A stretch of DNA of 64,000 bases from Tubiluchus corallicola (lineage: Eukaryota; Animalia; Priapulida): contig JAQGDQ010000385.1 in NCBI GenBank assembly GCA_030141605.1, positions 1-64,000 on the forward strand. Direction: 5' to 3'. Position numbers and translations under genes: made by a program. Under the pieces are notes generated by a model that made no database searches, had not been told where the DNA came from, and worked only from the letters and a program-made list of their open reading frames with translations. Of the stretch, positions 19,801 through 31,400 are shown one piece after another. Position 1 is the stretch's first letter. Every line of letters begins with the position of its first letter.

Positions 19801-22306
19801 TGACTATCTTGTATTGATAGTAGTTTCCTTCTTGTAATCATTTCTTATTTTTGCTTGAGAATTTCTGTAACTTGAAGAGATTGTGGATCAGTAGAATATT
19901 TTTGACATTCTAGATGTCTCAATTTTAATTTGATGAAATAAGCAAGATTAAAATTATGAAAACAAAGTCATTTGTGGTCTACTAACATTTTGATGCACTT
20001 GCACAACACTTTTCTTCCACTTGCTAGTATTAATCGCATGGGCATAATGATGTTAGCTTTGCTGGACAAGTGACCATCTTAAACACTTAGAATGAACTTG
20101 TTTAATGATATTTAATTTATTTGTAAATAAGTATGGTATGAAATTTGTAAAAAGGAATATTTTGAGCCATATTACTAATTATAATACATAATTATAATGG
20201 AAGCAACATGCATGACACTGTCGGTATGGATAACAATTACATTTGTATGCAGCCATGTGACTTCTTGTGTTGTGCTTAATGCCAGTAAACAGCTTTCTTT
20301 TTAAACCCATTATCTATTAACGTAAGACATTACTCAACAAGATTTAACGAATTTTGTATTAAGTATTGCAGGACTGACGCGGCAAGGCACTTCATCACTA
20401 ACACTGGCCCTAGACTTTGGAATAACATAAACGAATACATAAAAAATTCTTTATCTATAAATAACTTCAAAAGAAATTTTAAAAATGAAATCTTTTCTAA
20501 TTATACAGAATAAATCAATTTGATTAATTACACTGCTGTCCCTGTCGTAATCCATTGTGTTGCTGGCTATGTCAATTTTTACATTTCTATAGTTCATGTT
20601 ACTTCATACAGATACCATCACACCTTTCTTCTTCTTTCTATTCTCTATTAACCTTTCCTTCTACTCCTTTACTGCTCTTTTCTATTACACTTAGTCCACA
20701 TTCATTTGGGGTACTCTAAACAAGTAAATACACGGGTCATTTGCGGCTTGGCATCTTGTACACATAATAATAAATATATTATTAAATACTTTTATGTACA
20801 ATGCTGTAATGATCATTGTGGATATATTTAATAAATAAATAAAAATAAAAATAAATAAATAAATAAATAACAAACTCACAAATAACAAATTGTGAGATAT
20901 CCATATGCAACAACTTGTATGATGTACTGCAGAGCAAAAAGAGGAGAGTGAATGTATTACTGAGTTTTGAAGAACTGACTCTAAGATTAGAACAGGCAAA
21001 ACCAACATACCAGTTTCAAGATATTTATTACGAGAAAGTTATGCCTATTACACACTGATTAGTTTAGTTTACCATTTTTAATTGTGCACAGGGTATGGGT
21101 CTCTTGGCATGATGACTAGTGTACTTGTATGTCCTGATGGGAAGACTGTTGAAGCTGAAGCTGCTCACGGAACTGTTACCAGACACTACCGTGTTCATCA
21201 ACAAGGAAAGGAAACATCAACTAATCCTATTGGTACGTACTTAGTTAATTATCTCTCTCATTCTCAGTTTTTTCTTTTCACTTGTGTCACGTCGTATTTT
21301 GTATTACATTATTATCTTCATCATTTACAGCTTCCATATTTGCTTGGACGAGAGGGCTGGCACACCGAGGAAAGCTTGATAACAACCAAGAGCTAATTGA
21401 TTTTGCTCAAGCTCTAGAAGCTGTCTGCATAGAAACAATAGAGAGTGGGTTCATGACGAAGGACTTAGCTCTTTGTATTAAAGGTTCATTGAATAAGTGA
21501 GTGGTATTTACTTTTAATAAGTTTCTGACAGAAATGGTGGCAAAAGCTAGAAATAAATGTGCCAAAGCACTCTGTGTCCTCTGTGCCCTGGTAGATCATT
21601 TTAACGCGTTTATTTTAAGATAATGGTATGTTCACTTAAAGTACTAGCATTTTCCTTATAAGCAAGCTATCTGGTACCTAAGTAAAGACTTCTTTTTGTG
21701 ATGCATCTAGTATTTTTAGTTCTCAAGCTCCATAACGAAATTGAAGTGTTTTTATAAGTTACTAAACAAGTACTAGCCCACTGATTAGTGTGTCTTATTC
21801 TGGGTGTGGGTGAGCACAGCAATAGATTAGCTTAACAAGCAGTTTCTGGAGTAGAATATATCTGCATTTATAAGGACCCACATTCAATGGCACATTTTCT
21901 AAACATATGTGGGAGAGGAGGTCCCAGTTTGCAAAATCACAAATCAGTCTGGTTGATATAGTTGTTTCAATGTTTAATGTCTATGTCTGGAATCAGTTTT
22001 CTTATAAACCAGTCAGTACTGCACGTAGATTGATCTAGCGAGATAATCGTGGAGAGGGTACGAACTTCTGTCTCGGTCGTCTGAGTGTAGTATGTCACAC
22101 CTCCCCAGGTGTGAATGTAATTTGATTTTGCAGTGCATCATTCAGAACTTGCTAGTTTAATTACTGCAACCAACTAATGGGTATGTTTGTAATTGGCACT
22201 TGTCTTTCTATTTACAAACAGAGTGCAAAGAGAGGATTACGTGAACACGTTTGATTTCATGGACAAGCTAGCCGAAAATCTACAAGCTAAACTGAAACAC
22301 AAATGA
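13835..22306 (+). CDS. IDH1: Isocitrate dehydrogenase [NADP], cytosolic type, ~411 aa
   Basis: 11 exons: 13835-13850, 14183-14222, 14659-14765, 15954-16040, 16277-16437, 17176-17319, 18366-18502, 19641-19792, 21092-21232, 21331-21496, 22222-22306. Motifs [77 protein letters not shown]. No N-terminal mitochondrial presequence. Confidence 0.97.
14849..15165. mobile_element. Degenerate Tigger/pogo-like MITE in IDH1 intron 3
   Basis: TA-CAGGTAGT...CTTATGA at the left end and GGTCGTAAGTTGATGACAACCTG-TA at the right: imperfect TIRs with TA flanks and subterminal CTTATGAC-like repeats. Confidence 0.6.
17424..17826 (-). mobile_element. Internally deleted Tc1/mariner-superfamily transposon in IDH1 intron 6
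   Basis: TIR TA-CAGGGTGTCCATAAAGTCTGGGTACAT and its truncated inverse ATGTACCCAGACTTTATGGA. Contains a transposase N-terminus ([14 protein letters not shown]...[10 protein letters not shown]...VKKFKETGS) joined to a C-terminus ([23 protein letters not shown]). Confidence 0.9.
18187..18343. repeat. 78-bp tandem duplication just upstream of IDH1 exon 7
   Basis: AAGTGTTACTGGTTAG...TTATAAT(A/T)CTACA starts at 18187 and again at 18265. Confidence 0.93.
18880..18955. repeat. (GGT)n/(GAT)n microsatellite
   Basis: Directly visible. Confidence 0.9.
19074..19538. mobile_element. Non-autonomous hAT (Charlie-like) element in IDH1 intron 7
   Basis: TIRs CAGAGGTTCCCAACCT / AGGTTGGGAACCCATG; 8-bp TSD CTCTAGGT (19066-19073) / CTCTAAGT (19539-19546); subterminal GACCCC repeats. 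Confidence 0.88.
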
Positions 22307-22327
22307 CTATCATATAGCAAATTGTAG
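22304..22327 (+). other. IDH1: Candidate programmed stop-codon readthrough extension encoding a PTS1 (X-L-S-Y-S-K-L-stop)
   Basis: Sequence reads TGA CTA TCA TAT AGC AAA TTG TAG: the UGA-CUA leaky context, with SKL directly before the next in-frame stop. Confidence 0.85.
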
Positions 22328-22434
22328 GCAAGAATAGTAATAATTGTATGCCTTTTTTATCAAAATGTTGGTTCTTAGACATTTTCACGTTTTCACCAAT
22401 ATTTTTAAATGTGTCGTCTTTTTAGGCATTTTCA

Positions 22435-22490
22435 AGTTTTTACCAATAGTGCACTAAGTACATAGTTTTTACCAATAGTGCACTAAGTAC
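22435..22490. repeat. 29-bp-period tandem duplication in the IDH1 3'UTR
   Basis: AGTTTTTACCAATAGTGCACTAAGTAC twice. Confidence 0.9.
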
Positions 22491-24053
22491 TCAGTGTCCT
22501 GTGTACTTATATAAAAGTGCAAAAAATTAGGCTTGCTACAGTGGTTTCTCTGCAATGCCAAACAATGCGAGCTTAATGATGAATTGTTAATTGACAGCAG
22601 TGTAAGATATTTTGAAGCTCAAATAGAACGTGCCTCAAGGTTTTCATTTGCAGTGCCTTATAATTTTTTTAATCTTTGTTTTAATATTTTTTTAGAAAAA
22701 TTGTTGTAAAAATGTATAGTCAACATGATGGCAGCACAGTTGGATTTTAGTCAAATTGTCATATATTTCAACAAAACAAGCAAAACAGAATTAAGGCAGT
22801 AAGGATGATTTGTAAGCCTATACTATAGTGTTCAATTTTCTAGTGATCAATTTTAAATTTTTAGAAATAAATACAGTTATTGTCTCCACTTACTTAGTCC
22901 CTTTTAACATATTTGCATCTAACAGTAGATATACATGTACTCTGAGGCATGCATTTAAATGCATGAAAACATTTAAAAGGATGAACGATTTTAGCTCTAG
23001 TGTCATTTCATTAATTTTCTATGACTCTTGAAAATTCCTCTTCTCCCTGTTTGATTTTAATTGGTTTTTAAAATTTTTTACGTGTTCAAGTGTTATTTTA
23101 TTTAGCACGAAAACTTTTAGTAAATTGCTAGTATAAGTAATTTCATAGGCCTACAACCGAATATTGTAATTAAAGTGACTGCCCCCTCTAAATTTAACAC
23201 ATTACAGTACCTTTTTCATATGCTGGTAAAGCTCAGAGCATTCCAACTTCCATCTTTCATTATCAATGATCAACATTCACAATTTATTATGTACTTTGGT
23301 TATGCTATCACTGTGTGATTAAAATTTGCCAATGCAATCTAATGGAATCTGTACATTAGTTTCAAATTTTGGTGCCTTGATACACGTGTATCTTAGTAGA
23401 AATCCATTAATATGCAGAGTCACCTGGAAAGCAATATCAGAATCATTTTCATGATAAGAATGGTAATAAAAGATTTTATATGTTACAAACACTTGTGTAT
23501 ATATGCATTTAAATAATATACAAAATGCAATAAAATATTTATAAAGAAACACATACAATGATTTTTATCACATTAGGTCGACTATATAATACCATATTTC
23601 TTATTCCAAGAGCTTGCTAACTTACAGATATTAACAAGTCGACCTTACCATTCCTCATTTGTGGAATGTAGAACTGTATTATAAAGCACATACAATTTGT
23701 TCAAACACTATACTGAACAGAAAACAAGAAACTGTTGATAAATGTGTGTTATAATTAGTTAACCTAATTACAGTAAACATGTAGCATGAAAGGAAATCAT
23801 GCTACTTGTAATCGAACTTTCACTGCGGTTTTCATTTACAAGAGGCAACACTCAATCATTCCACTGGCAATGTCAATATTTATTGATAAACAGCCCTCTA
23901 AACAAAATTCCATTTACGCCACATTTTCTTGCAAGTGTGTTAGCAGTATGTATCTATGACATGAAAGCAACGATGCAATTTGTCTGTTAAGATATTTTCA
24001 ATTCAAATGACTTGCCAATTGGTGGAACGCAGCAGGACAGATGTGCTTCTGGA

Positions 24054-24333
24054 AATTTACACCAAATCGTTTGAAACAAGTGATGCCCTTATTACTTGCT
24101 GATTAAGAACAGAATGACATTAATGCTACAGAAACATCTTATGGTGCACACACCATGGGAAGCAATGTAGAACAAATACAAGTAACATGAACAATTTATA
24201 CCAAATTATTTGAAAGAAGTGATGCCCTGATTGTTTGCTGATTAAGAACGGAATGACATTAACACTACAGGAACATCTTATGGTGCACATACCATAGGAA
24301 GCAATATATAACAAATACAAGTAACATGAACAA
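24054..24333. repeat. ~139-bp diverged tandem duplication between the convergent IDH1 and PKMYT1 genes
   Basis: AAGTGATGCCCT...GCTGATTAAGAAC...ACATCTTATGGTGCACA...AACAAATACAAGTAACATGAACAA present twice. Confidence 0.9.
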
Positions 24334-25425
24334 GCATTACTTAACTTAACACTAAATACAAAAATAGCTTCATTTAATACAAAAAAGAAGCAGCAAAAGC
24401 AATCAATGTTTATACAACATTTCTATGATGGTATGAATAAATGCACATGAGTAAACATTACCAAAAAAATGTTATAAAATTAATTTTTAATCTTATTTAC
24501 AAAAGTCCTGTGTAAAAATATCAAGATGAAAACTAGTGAGAACGTATCTACCTGTACATGATTTACAAAATGAGAAGATAAATTACAGTAATATGTCTCA
24601 CCTGTAAAGAGTAGCTAAGGCAAGGATATGTGAATATTTTTAGGAGCACATCAGAACTCACTTGCAAAGAAATAGAAATATCTGTTAAATAGAGTTGACT
24701 CTATTTACCACCAACGTTAATTCTAAAGAAATCGATTACTGTAACTGTATCTCAAAGATTCAGCTGTACATCAACTAAAGATATTTGTCTACGAAGCTGG
24801 AGATAATTTTAACGTTTAATGTTTATCTTTGTCTAACTTTACTTTAACTGGCAAGCTATAACAAACAGTTTGTATTTGACCTATTCGAGATGTATGATTC
24901 TAAAATGCTATGCTACACGAGTCTTCTGTTTTATTAACACATTCAGTTCATAAGTGCTAGTTAAAACTGCCTACTTGATCTTCACAAAATTTTGAAAATC
25001 TTTATTCAATTTGTTACCAGTCTTTATAGTCGACTGCCCCATTACTGGCTAAGAACTAATACAAAAAGGAAACACTCGGCCAGATCAAAAGGTCAAATAC
25101 CATAGGTATCTTAAGTCAATCCAGAAACTTATGTAAATTTAAAAATTTGAATGTTTTTAAATATACTGGTGTGAAGTCTCGCCATATCTGAAACCCAAGA
25201 AAGCTATTTTAATAAATAGATTTTTCAGTTCAATGTGTAATGCACTGTAACCCTTATCCATAGAGGGGTTTTATAGTACGTGCCTGATGTCATTTATCCA
25301 CTATACCTTCTGAAAAGGAGAATACTGCTCAATATTTAATGTTTTAAAAGTAAGGCTTTGGCACAATTTCTACAGAAACCATAATTACAAATAAATTCAA
25401 GCGAATTAAAACTTAAGATGGTAAT

Positions 25426-28400
25426 TCAGACATCCTCATCAGACAATTCTGCTGCTTCAAATACACGCATCAGGTTTTTTGGACCAATGTTCAATCTGTC
25501 TGGTACAACATCTTCTGGAAGACTGTCTGTGGCACTTTCATACGAACTCTCTAGGGCAGTACGGCACAAGTTCAACCGGGGATAATTAGGAGATAATCTA
25601 AAATGAATAATAAATTAATCCTGTGTACAAAGCAGGTACTGATAGTTTGAAATAGCAACACATAAATGACAATTTGCAAGTCAGCATTTCGCTAAAACTG
25701 TTACAGGTTTGTCACTCTACAATTTACTGTAACGCTACAGCCCAACAACTTACAGCATCTTTTTAATTACATATTACTCAAACAGTTTTCTCAAATTTGG
25801 AAGATGACGATCATAATGATGAGCTTATAACTTAGATAAAAACAAATGCTGAGCCTTCAAAGTTGCTTAAGGAGATTATGGTACCTTACACAGATAAAAT
25901 TATTCTACTTACCTACTCCTTGAGGAATGCTTAGCAGAGTAAGACTTTGGAGGCGTAGAAAACATTGAAAGATCTCTATGCAAAAATTGTGGAGCGGAAT
26001 TTAAACAGCTTCTGAAAAGACAAGATAAACGAATAACTGATGAGTAAAAACAACCAGTCACATCCTTATATACTAAACAACCAAGTTTGTAAATTGAATG
26101 AGTAAACTTTATCACTCTAAAAATGGAAGTACATGAACGTGAATATTTACTTACGATACATCATCAAAAGTTGCAATATAGCTTTCACTAGATGATGATC
26201 CTGAGTAAAGCATGCCAAGTGAATTACGTGATGCATTTAAATGATCGTGGAATACATCGTCTACAAAAAAAAATAAACTTAACTTTTGTTTACTAACTTA
26301 CAATTTACTTAACAATTTCAAATAATTACACATTATTCATATAACAATTTTAAATAATTACATATTATTATTACATAGGAGAACAGCTGAATGTTCATTA
26401 TGTGTACTTGGCTAAAGAAATAAAGTAGTGGTAAGCCTCATTATTAAACAGTCAGATCTAAAGTAACATAGAGTTTCGGTCAAAGCAAAGCCTCGATTTG
26501 ATTTTGATTTCGAAATTCTAACTTTAACAAAAACTTTGTTACATTCCTACCAGAAATGCTTATGATGCAATTGCACAAACATACCATCAGAATAACTGGT
26601 ATCCCACCCGGAAGTGAGGCGGCTATGCTGTTCTTGACGATGAGGAGTATGTGCTCCAGGTTTAATACCGAACAATCGTTGAATGGCTGCAACTAACAGA
26701 TTCCATAATCCAGTTATAAACAGGAGAAATGTTCTTGCCAAGTTTTTAAATTTCAACAGCTAAAACAAAAAAAGAATAAATGTATTATTAACTTTCAATT
26801 TGCTCACTCAAAAAATAATAGCGTGATGAACTCGCTAGCAGCTGCAGCTACAGTCTGGTCACACGACCTTTGCTTTCTAAAGATTTAAACAGTCTATCCT
26901 TTTTGCATAGAATGAATCAGAACAACTCAAATACAACCATGGTCAAGCTGAGATAATGAACTAAAAAGAAGTGGCAGGCTACAGGCCTACCTTATAAGGA
27001 ATTTAAATATGCAATTGCAATCAAAGGCAGTTTAAAGAATGGGCGAACACTCGCTGGCTTAAGCAGATATTTATCAGCAAAAAGGGCCATCATTTATGTT
27101 AAATAAGACAAAACATTTGCTACTAGTAAGCTTGAGTCATTGCTCTTGGTGTATTGCCGTAGAGCAATTAATTTTGGGAGAATCAAATCTTAGATCATTA
27201 GTATTTTGCCAACATTTGGTCCTGCTACAAGATATTAATAAATAAGTGCATAAACCGACTTAGTGAAAAGTTGAATGGAGTTTTTCATGTCATTTAGCAA
27301 AGCTTAACTGTCCCAGTACAGCAAGCAATCGGCAATTACATCACTACTATAACATAACACATACCTAATAGGCATGGCATGATTATAGTTAATTTAGATG
27401 AACATAATTATAGCCAAACACATTTTCATATGGTTATATTTTTATATAAAAATAATGTGAAAATAAAAACGAAAATAAAATTAGCATTAAACTGAGGTAT
27501 TTTACAGTAATTCCCAATTAATTTTATAATTGAAATGTAAAGTATGCAAATCATTATTTTTACCCATTTATAGGGCAGCACAAACATTATGCAGTTGAAC
27601 GGCATAATAAGCAGCAAACACTTAAAACAATCAAAATTTCTCATTGTTATTAAATGCCACACAAAACTATGCTGTTTGCCCTAGCAATTAAACAAATAAG
27701 ACCAAAGCCAAATGCATAAAAACATTCACCTCAGCTTTTATAATTTGGCTAGTTTCAGTTTCAACACTTAGAATGTTGAAATTAGAGGTGGAAGTGGTTA
27801 AACCATTTAACTGATTGGGTATTTATTTCCGATTACTGATTATTTTTTCAGCTGCCGATGTAAATTATTCCAATACCATCCTCAATTTATTTTTTTGAAA
27901 ATCCACGAAGATTGCAAGACGTAGGTAGCTGTCATGCAGTAATAACAAGTAATATTGTTTACCATTGTGTAGTAAATAAGTGCAATGGCATTGCTGTTTA
28001 GATGTGAAGGTTTCACTTAAGGATCAACAGGCGATTTTCACGCACATCCGCTTTCTTACAAAATAACAGAAAACGACACGATAGATCAGTTTTGAAAATA
28101 AGAAATTGCATTTATCCTACTTATAAAAAATTAATGTACAAAAAGGCTGAATTATCACCACTCTTAGCCTTATGTTATTAAAAGTGGTGTACTTCAGTAT
28201 TTTCTTCATTATAAGTTGTACTGTTTTGAGCTAAAAAATAAATTACTAGTAATAAGAATGCCATATATTTTGTTTTCAAGTATCTTACCACATATTTGCA
28301 CTAACAAAACAGAGTTCTCATCACAGCATAGTAATGAATGTTGACCCGACCGGTGTAAATGTCCTACTTTTATTCATTAAAGCTCTTGTAAAAATAATAG

Positions 28401-31400
28401 CATTAAACTTACTGCAAACTTAAGTCTTATCATCCAATATTAACACTGGGCAGCAAAAGTAAATGCCGGATGCTCAAAAAATTAAAAAAATAAACAAGTG
28501 AGTGTTAAATTGAAACTTTCATAAGAAAAACCGAAACAAACTTACTATCTGCTTGACCGCAAGCTGCCTGTTTCGTAGAGAAACATGTTTCTGTACAAAT
28601 GCATATGATAAAATGTCATCTATCGATGGTCGACGAATGTAATCGGGAAACATCATCAGTCGAATAAGTTTAGCCAACTCTGGTGACAAGTCTGAAAATT
28701 ATAAATGACTAAATATATAGAAGCAAAATTATATTAGCAACAAAACACACAAATGCTCATGAAATTCTACCAATTTATGTATGAACATAACAGTTTCTAA
28801 TTTTGGTTTCAAAAATTCTAGATATAACATATAAATTAAAATTTGTCTCAGTAATACAAAAAGTAATTGTGATATTTAAATCTAGTAATGAAAGTAATAA
28901 ATCTAGTAACTGAAAAAATCTAGCATTATCACATTAAAAGTTTCTCCAAGAAACAAAAAGCAGAATGTTTTCAATAATTTAACTTTTAATGGTTACTTAA
29001 CCACGCAATCATGCAAATGTGTGTAGTTGGAATTTAGTATTAATGTTGAAACAAATATAATTTGATAAAGAAACATTAAGATATGTCTGCATAACTGAAT
29101 ACTTTACCACTGTGTTATTGAAAAGCATCAAAACTGAGCTCTTTTACCTTTCACTAAATAATCTGGAATGTTTCCTTCTCGTAAGTGATGCCATGGATCT
29201 TCTCCTCTAGGCAGGTCCAAGTCAGAAGCTAATTCCAAAATAGTTATACCCAAACTGAAAAAATAATGCATTAACCAGTTGTGCAATCAGCTAGTTAAAC
29301 CAATCAGCTTATAAAATTAAAGACATGTTACTAACTGATAGAAGGCAGGCACCGATAAAAAAGAAATAAAAACATCAACGTGGAAATCAAGTTTTGGCTT
29401 AAATACTTTTACCTAAAAATTGATAAAAAACAAAATTATTTTAACTATGGCATTACCTAAACACATCTGCATGCTTCCCAAACTTTCCATCCATCAACTC
29501 GGGTGCCAGATATTTTGGATCACCCTCTACAGCATCTGATAAATCTCCCTAAAAACAATGACTTACAATTAATTACCTTTTTTACACAATATTAGAACAA
29601 AGTATGTAACTGACTGTTGTTGCAATCTCTAAACTGAATATTTAATGACCAAACAACTCACACCTTCAAGTTCCTATGTAATTAACAATTCTTTATTCAC
29701 TCACTATCCAAAATGCAATTTAAAACATTTTTAAAAGTATTAATTAATGAGTACTGTTATATTGTTACATACATTCATATACTTTTAAGGCATGTGAGGT
29801 ATAAAAACTTAAAAAAATATTTGAAACCTTATCAACATATTTTTCCACTTAACGACAACAATTACCACTCAAAATATCATATTTGCTGAACTTAACTGTA
29901 GTACTTCAAATACGATTTTACAGACAACAAACTACCAAGCCTGTTGAACTACAAAATTGTAGAAACACACTGACATAACATTCACAAGATCTGTAAACTT
30001 AAGTACGACTCCTTGGCAAAAAGTATAGAAATATTGTACCTTTTTTAAATCCAAAACAAGTCCAAAATCTCCCAACTTACAAATGCCGTCTTGAGAAATA
30101 AATATATTCTCAGGTTTCACATCCATATGGATAAGGTCATGATCATGAAGATGCTTCAGCGCCTAAAACAAATAACAAATTATGATTATTGCTACAAAGG
30201 CAACAATTAGGACACCTTATCAAAAGAAAAGTAAATTATTGCGTCAAATTGCACAGGAATAGTTAAGGAACATGGGTAAAGGAATTTAATAAATTAAGAG
30301 TGTGTTTTTATCTCAATATAAAGTTTTCTGAGCTGCAAAAAGTCCTGACTTGAAACTTTGAAATTATCAGTACATTAAACCACTTTAGTCACTTGTAAGC
30401 AAATAGCTAAACTAACCAGATGAATATATGAATTTTCAATTTTGAAACTACTCAACACAATTTTATTTGATGTGGATCTGCATTTAGCAGAGGCATCCTA
30501 TAAAAGAATGGCCAAACAAGTAATAGCATTCAAATGTATTTTAATAGATACTTACATCTCTAAGTGGTCGCAAGAAAGGTGCAAATCATTGTCCCACAAC
30601 GCTAAGTCAGTTATTATTTTCTACATTTCAGTTTGCTTCGAAACTTTGTATTGCAATTCACACAAACTAGTGTCTGAGTGGGTGAAACTAACAGTTTTTG
30701 GTTACAGTTTACAGTTTAATGGACAAACAAGTTGTATTGCTACTAACAGGTAATAATTTTTGTTTTAAAAACCATTTCCAAAAGAAATAATTATACATTG
30801 CACGCAGTTTCAAAATTCAAAATTTATAGATGAAAATTCGTGGAACTAATTTAGTTATTTGTAATTCTAGTATCATTATTTGTTTTTCATTTACGGATCA
30901 TTAGTCCTAGGATCTCATTGACAAGAAAGAGACGGATGGCCCGTGAGAGTATGAAATAAAGTGAATTGCACATAAATAACCATAAATGTGCAGTTTTGTG
31001 TTATTTTAAACATTATATTAATGAGCACAACAGAAGAGATCTTCGAGCTACACACAAGAATGCAGCAAAATATAACTATGAACACACAACTAAGATATAT
31101 ACATGTACGCTATCACAAAATGTATTGAACAGTTTCGTGTACCAAGATAACATTGTTTTTGATAGTCAACTAATTTTCTTGAAATCAATTTTTGGATGGC
31201 ATAGAATCTGACCAAACACGTTTCTACATGCAGTCACACATACCATAAGCAAATCCACAGTGTAATTCCAAATAAGCTGCTCGGGAATATCATGATTTTG
31301 ATCAGCAAAATCACTCAAGCTGTAAATATGAGTATTATTTATTATACATAAATATAATAGAAGTATGTATATATATATATATACATATATTGTTACTGTT

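Noticed and set aside
22282-22303. Internal QAKL near the IDH1 C-terminus as a masked ancestral PTS1
   Set aside because: By alignment ([12 protein letters not shown] versus human MDKLGENLKIKL) it corresponds to KIKL, not the terminal AKL, and a PTS1 must be C-terminal.
22304-22600. IDH1 TGA as a selenocysteine codon
   Set aside because: No SECIS-like hairpin recognised by eye, IDH1 is not a known selenoprotein, and the CUA context plus SKL explain the site better.
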